Shown piece after piece: positions 61,447-64,000 of a stretch of 64,000 bases of DNA. The stretch comes from Octopus sinensis. Lineage: Eukaryota. Under the pieces are notes generated by a model. The model was given only the letters and a program-made list of their open reading frames with translations. It was not told the origin of the DNA and made no database searches. Made by a program: the position numbers and the translations under genes. Each line of letters opens with the position of its first letter. Position 1 is the stretch's first letter. Where the stretch lies: positions 11,966,001-12,030,000 of the forward strand of contig NC_043021.1 of the NCBI RefSeq assembly GCF_006345805.1. Reading direction: 5' to 3'.

Positions 61447-63536
61447 TTATTTTTTGAGAGTGATTGCTCATTCCGCCGAGGTCAACAGGTAAGGCCTTTT
61501 GTATTTTTCCTTCCGTTTGCTTCTTTTTCTGTTGTCCTTTTCCTCCATCACACTACAATAAGCATCCTCCAGTACTGTCTCTCAAAAATATATATCTGTT
61601 CTTTTACACTATGAGATGGTGGTTTGCTTCACAAACAACCAGACAGCCCACCTCCTCTGCCACTCAGTACAATATAAGTGTTAGGTGACCAATTTGAGCA
61701 GCAGCAAAAGTAGAGCTTGATAGAGCTCTTTACTCTGTAGTGCTGGTGCCATGGAAAAAAAGCACCCAGTACATTCTTTAAAGTAAATGGAGTTAAGAAG
61801 GATGTCCAGCTGTAAAAACTAAGCCAAAGTAGAAATTGGAACTCAATGGATCATATCAAATCCTCTCACACATGTTGGCATGGAAGACGGATATTAAATA
61901 ATGATGATGATATATTTTCATTTTTCTTCATCCTATAGCTTGTGTTAAATGTCTCTCTCTCTTTCTCTCTTTCTCTCTCACAGGAAACTTTGGGCTTCAC
62001 ACATGTTAAAAATAATGGCCACCCACTCCCTTTTTGCTTCTTCTTCTCTCTCTCTCTCTTAACTTCCTTTTTCTTTTTCCACTGCTTCTACAAATGCTAT
62101 GAGTTCTGTGTCTGCTTCATGTTGGTCAGTTTCATTCCTAGCTAACAGCCATACGATAAATGAGAATCCATGCTAAGATAAGCACTGATTACTGTTCACC
62201 CCACCCCCCACTCTGAAGTTTGAGTGGTGAAAGATGGTGGGGATGTCTTGAGGAAGAAATTAGGCAAGAGGCTCAGTTGCACTTATTGTGTGTGTGTGTA
62301 TACACATATATCTATATATATACATTATATAATAGTCAGGGAAACTGACTTCTCGTCGACAACTATGATAGTCACATGCCGATGATAGGTCAATACCTTG
62401 AAACTTGAGTCCGTGTGTATCATAAGTTGAAGACGGGAAGGATGACTTCCCTTCACAAATACTGATAGGGTACAGAAAGTGTGTCTATAGCAAGCTGGAG
62501 GAGGTGTCTTCCTGGGGCTACAAACTACAGTAGCATCCACCCTTAGGGGTTAGCCATATTCAAATGGCAAATATACGTCACGATATATATATATATATAT
62601 ATCAGATTAGGGCCTGGTGTAGCCTCCTGGCTTCTCAAACTCCAGTCAAACCATCCAACCCATGGTAAACAGACGTTAAACGATGATGATCATGATGATG
62701 ATATATATATATATATGGAGGCGCACTTGCCCAGTGGTTAGGGCAGCGGACTCGCGGTTGTAGGATTGTGGTTTCGATTCCCAGACCAGGCATTGTAAGT
62801 GTTTATTGAGCGAAAACACCTACAGCTCCACGAGGCTTCAGCAGGGCGTGGTGGTGAACCCTGCTGCACTCTTTCTTCCTGTTTCTGTTGTACCTTTATT
62901 TCAAAGGGCCAGCCTTGTCACACTCTGTGTCATGCTGAATCTCCCTGAGAACTACATTCAGTACATATGTCTGTGGAGTGCTCAGCCACTTGCACGTTAA
63001 TAAATGAGCTGCGACGTCACTGGTGCCAAGCTGTATCAGCCCCTTTGCCTTTCCCTTGGATAACATCGGTGGCGTGGAGAGGGGAGGTTGGTATGTGTGG
63101 GCGACTGCTGGTCTTCCATAAACAACTTTGCGCAGACTTGTGCCTAGGAGGGTAACCTTCAAGGTGTAATCCCATAGTCATTCACAACCGAAGGGGGTCA
63201 CAACAACAACAATATATATATGTATATATCACCGTGACCTACTAGGCTATCAGATGTTGCTACACATCGCTGGTCACAATGCGCTTTGCATTGTTTTAAC
63301 CTTCAAATGATGCCACCCCGCTGGCTAAGCGAGCAGGCCAATATATGTATATATATATATATTTTTTCTCTCCTTGTTTCTCTCCGTGTTTCTTTTCTGT
63401 GTATCTTTCTGTTGAAGAGCGTAGGCTCGAAACGTAAAAGACTTGTTTTATTTATATTCCTGAGCGCCATATTAATACAATTGTTTGTTTGTATTCCACC
63501 TGCCTTCGTCTTTTGTTTATTTTCATAAAGCTTCCC

Positions 63537-63575
<39 letters not shown>

Positions 63576-63747
63576 GTAAAATATAAAAAATCAACGAAAA
63601 TGCATATTGTAAATAAAAAAAAGGCTTTTTATGATAGGTAACGACAAATATATACATTTAGATGAACTGAGGTAGTAATAAGAGTCATAAAAGTCATTAT
63701 TATGAGATGAATATAAGATGATAATAAAGTAAGAGAACAAAGCGAAC

Positions 63748-63778
<31 letters not shown>

Positions 63779-64000
63779 GAAATATTAAAATTACTAAGTC
63801 TCTCTAAAAGAGATTACGGCAGCGTTACTGGAAATTAATTGTTATCGCCATATTAATATGGCAGTCTTATAGATATAAGACTAAAAGTTGTCGCTGATTA
63901 GCTCCATGAGGCCATCGCCTTAAGATAGCTATTTGACACACAAACTGTGTCCATTATAACCTTCGAACAAGGGAGGTCAGCCGCTTCACACTGCTAGTCA

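Overview
AT-rich, repeat-dense animal genomic DNA. The tRNA-derived SINEs and very dense (TA)/(CA)/(TAA)/(CAT) microsatellites best fit an octopus or other cephalopod genome; this is an inference from recalled repeat families, not from a search. The main functional element is one intact + strand spliced gene that the ORF track largely misses. Five coding exons (30882-31071, 33987-34131, 36607-36752, 50643-50822, 58871-59052) with canonical GT-AG introns splice into an 843-nt ORF of 280 aa. The protein resembles a bacterial-type PhnD/PtxB (phosphonate/phosphite ABC transporter) substrate-binding protein, with no evident signal peptide and no partner transporter genes in the window. The rest is mostly transposon-derived: at least four SINE-like families, decayed LINEs (CR1-group, RTE, Tx1, Penelope-like ends), mariner relics, hAT- and piggyBac-like MITEs, Helitron/Helentron pieces and long fold-back elements. 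There are also several tandem arrays (18, 46/47, 103, 221 and 172 bp units), a 168-bp inverted duplication, and a stop-riddled coding-like region on the minus strand at about 0.5-6.8 kb that I could not identify. TE family names come from recalled motifs. Repeat boundaries are approximate (about +/-10-20 bp) unless TSDs or TIRs are quoted.
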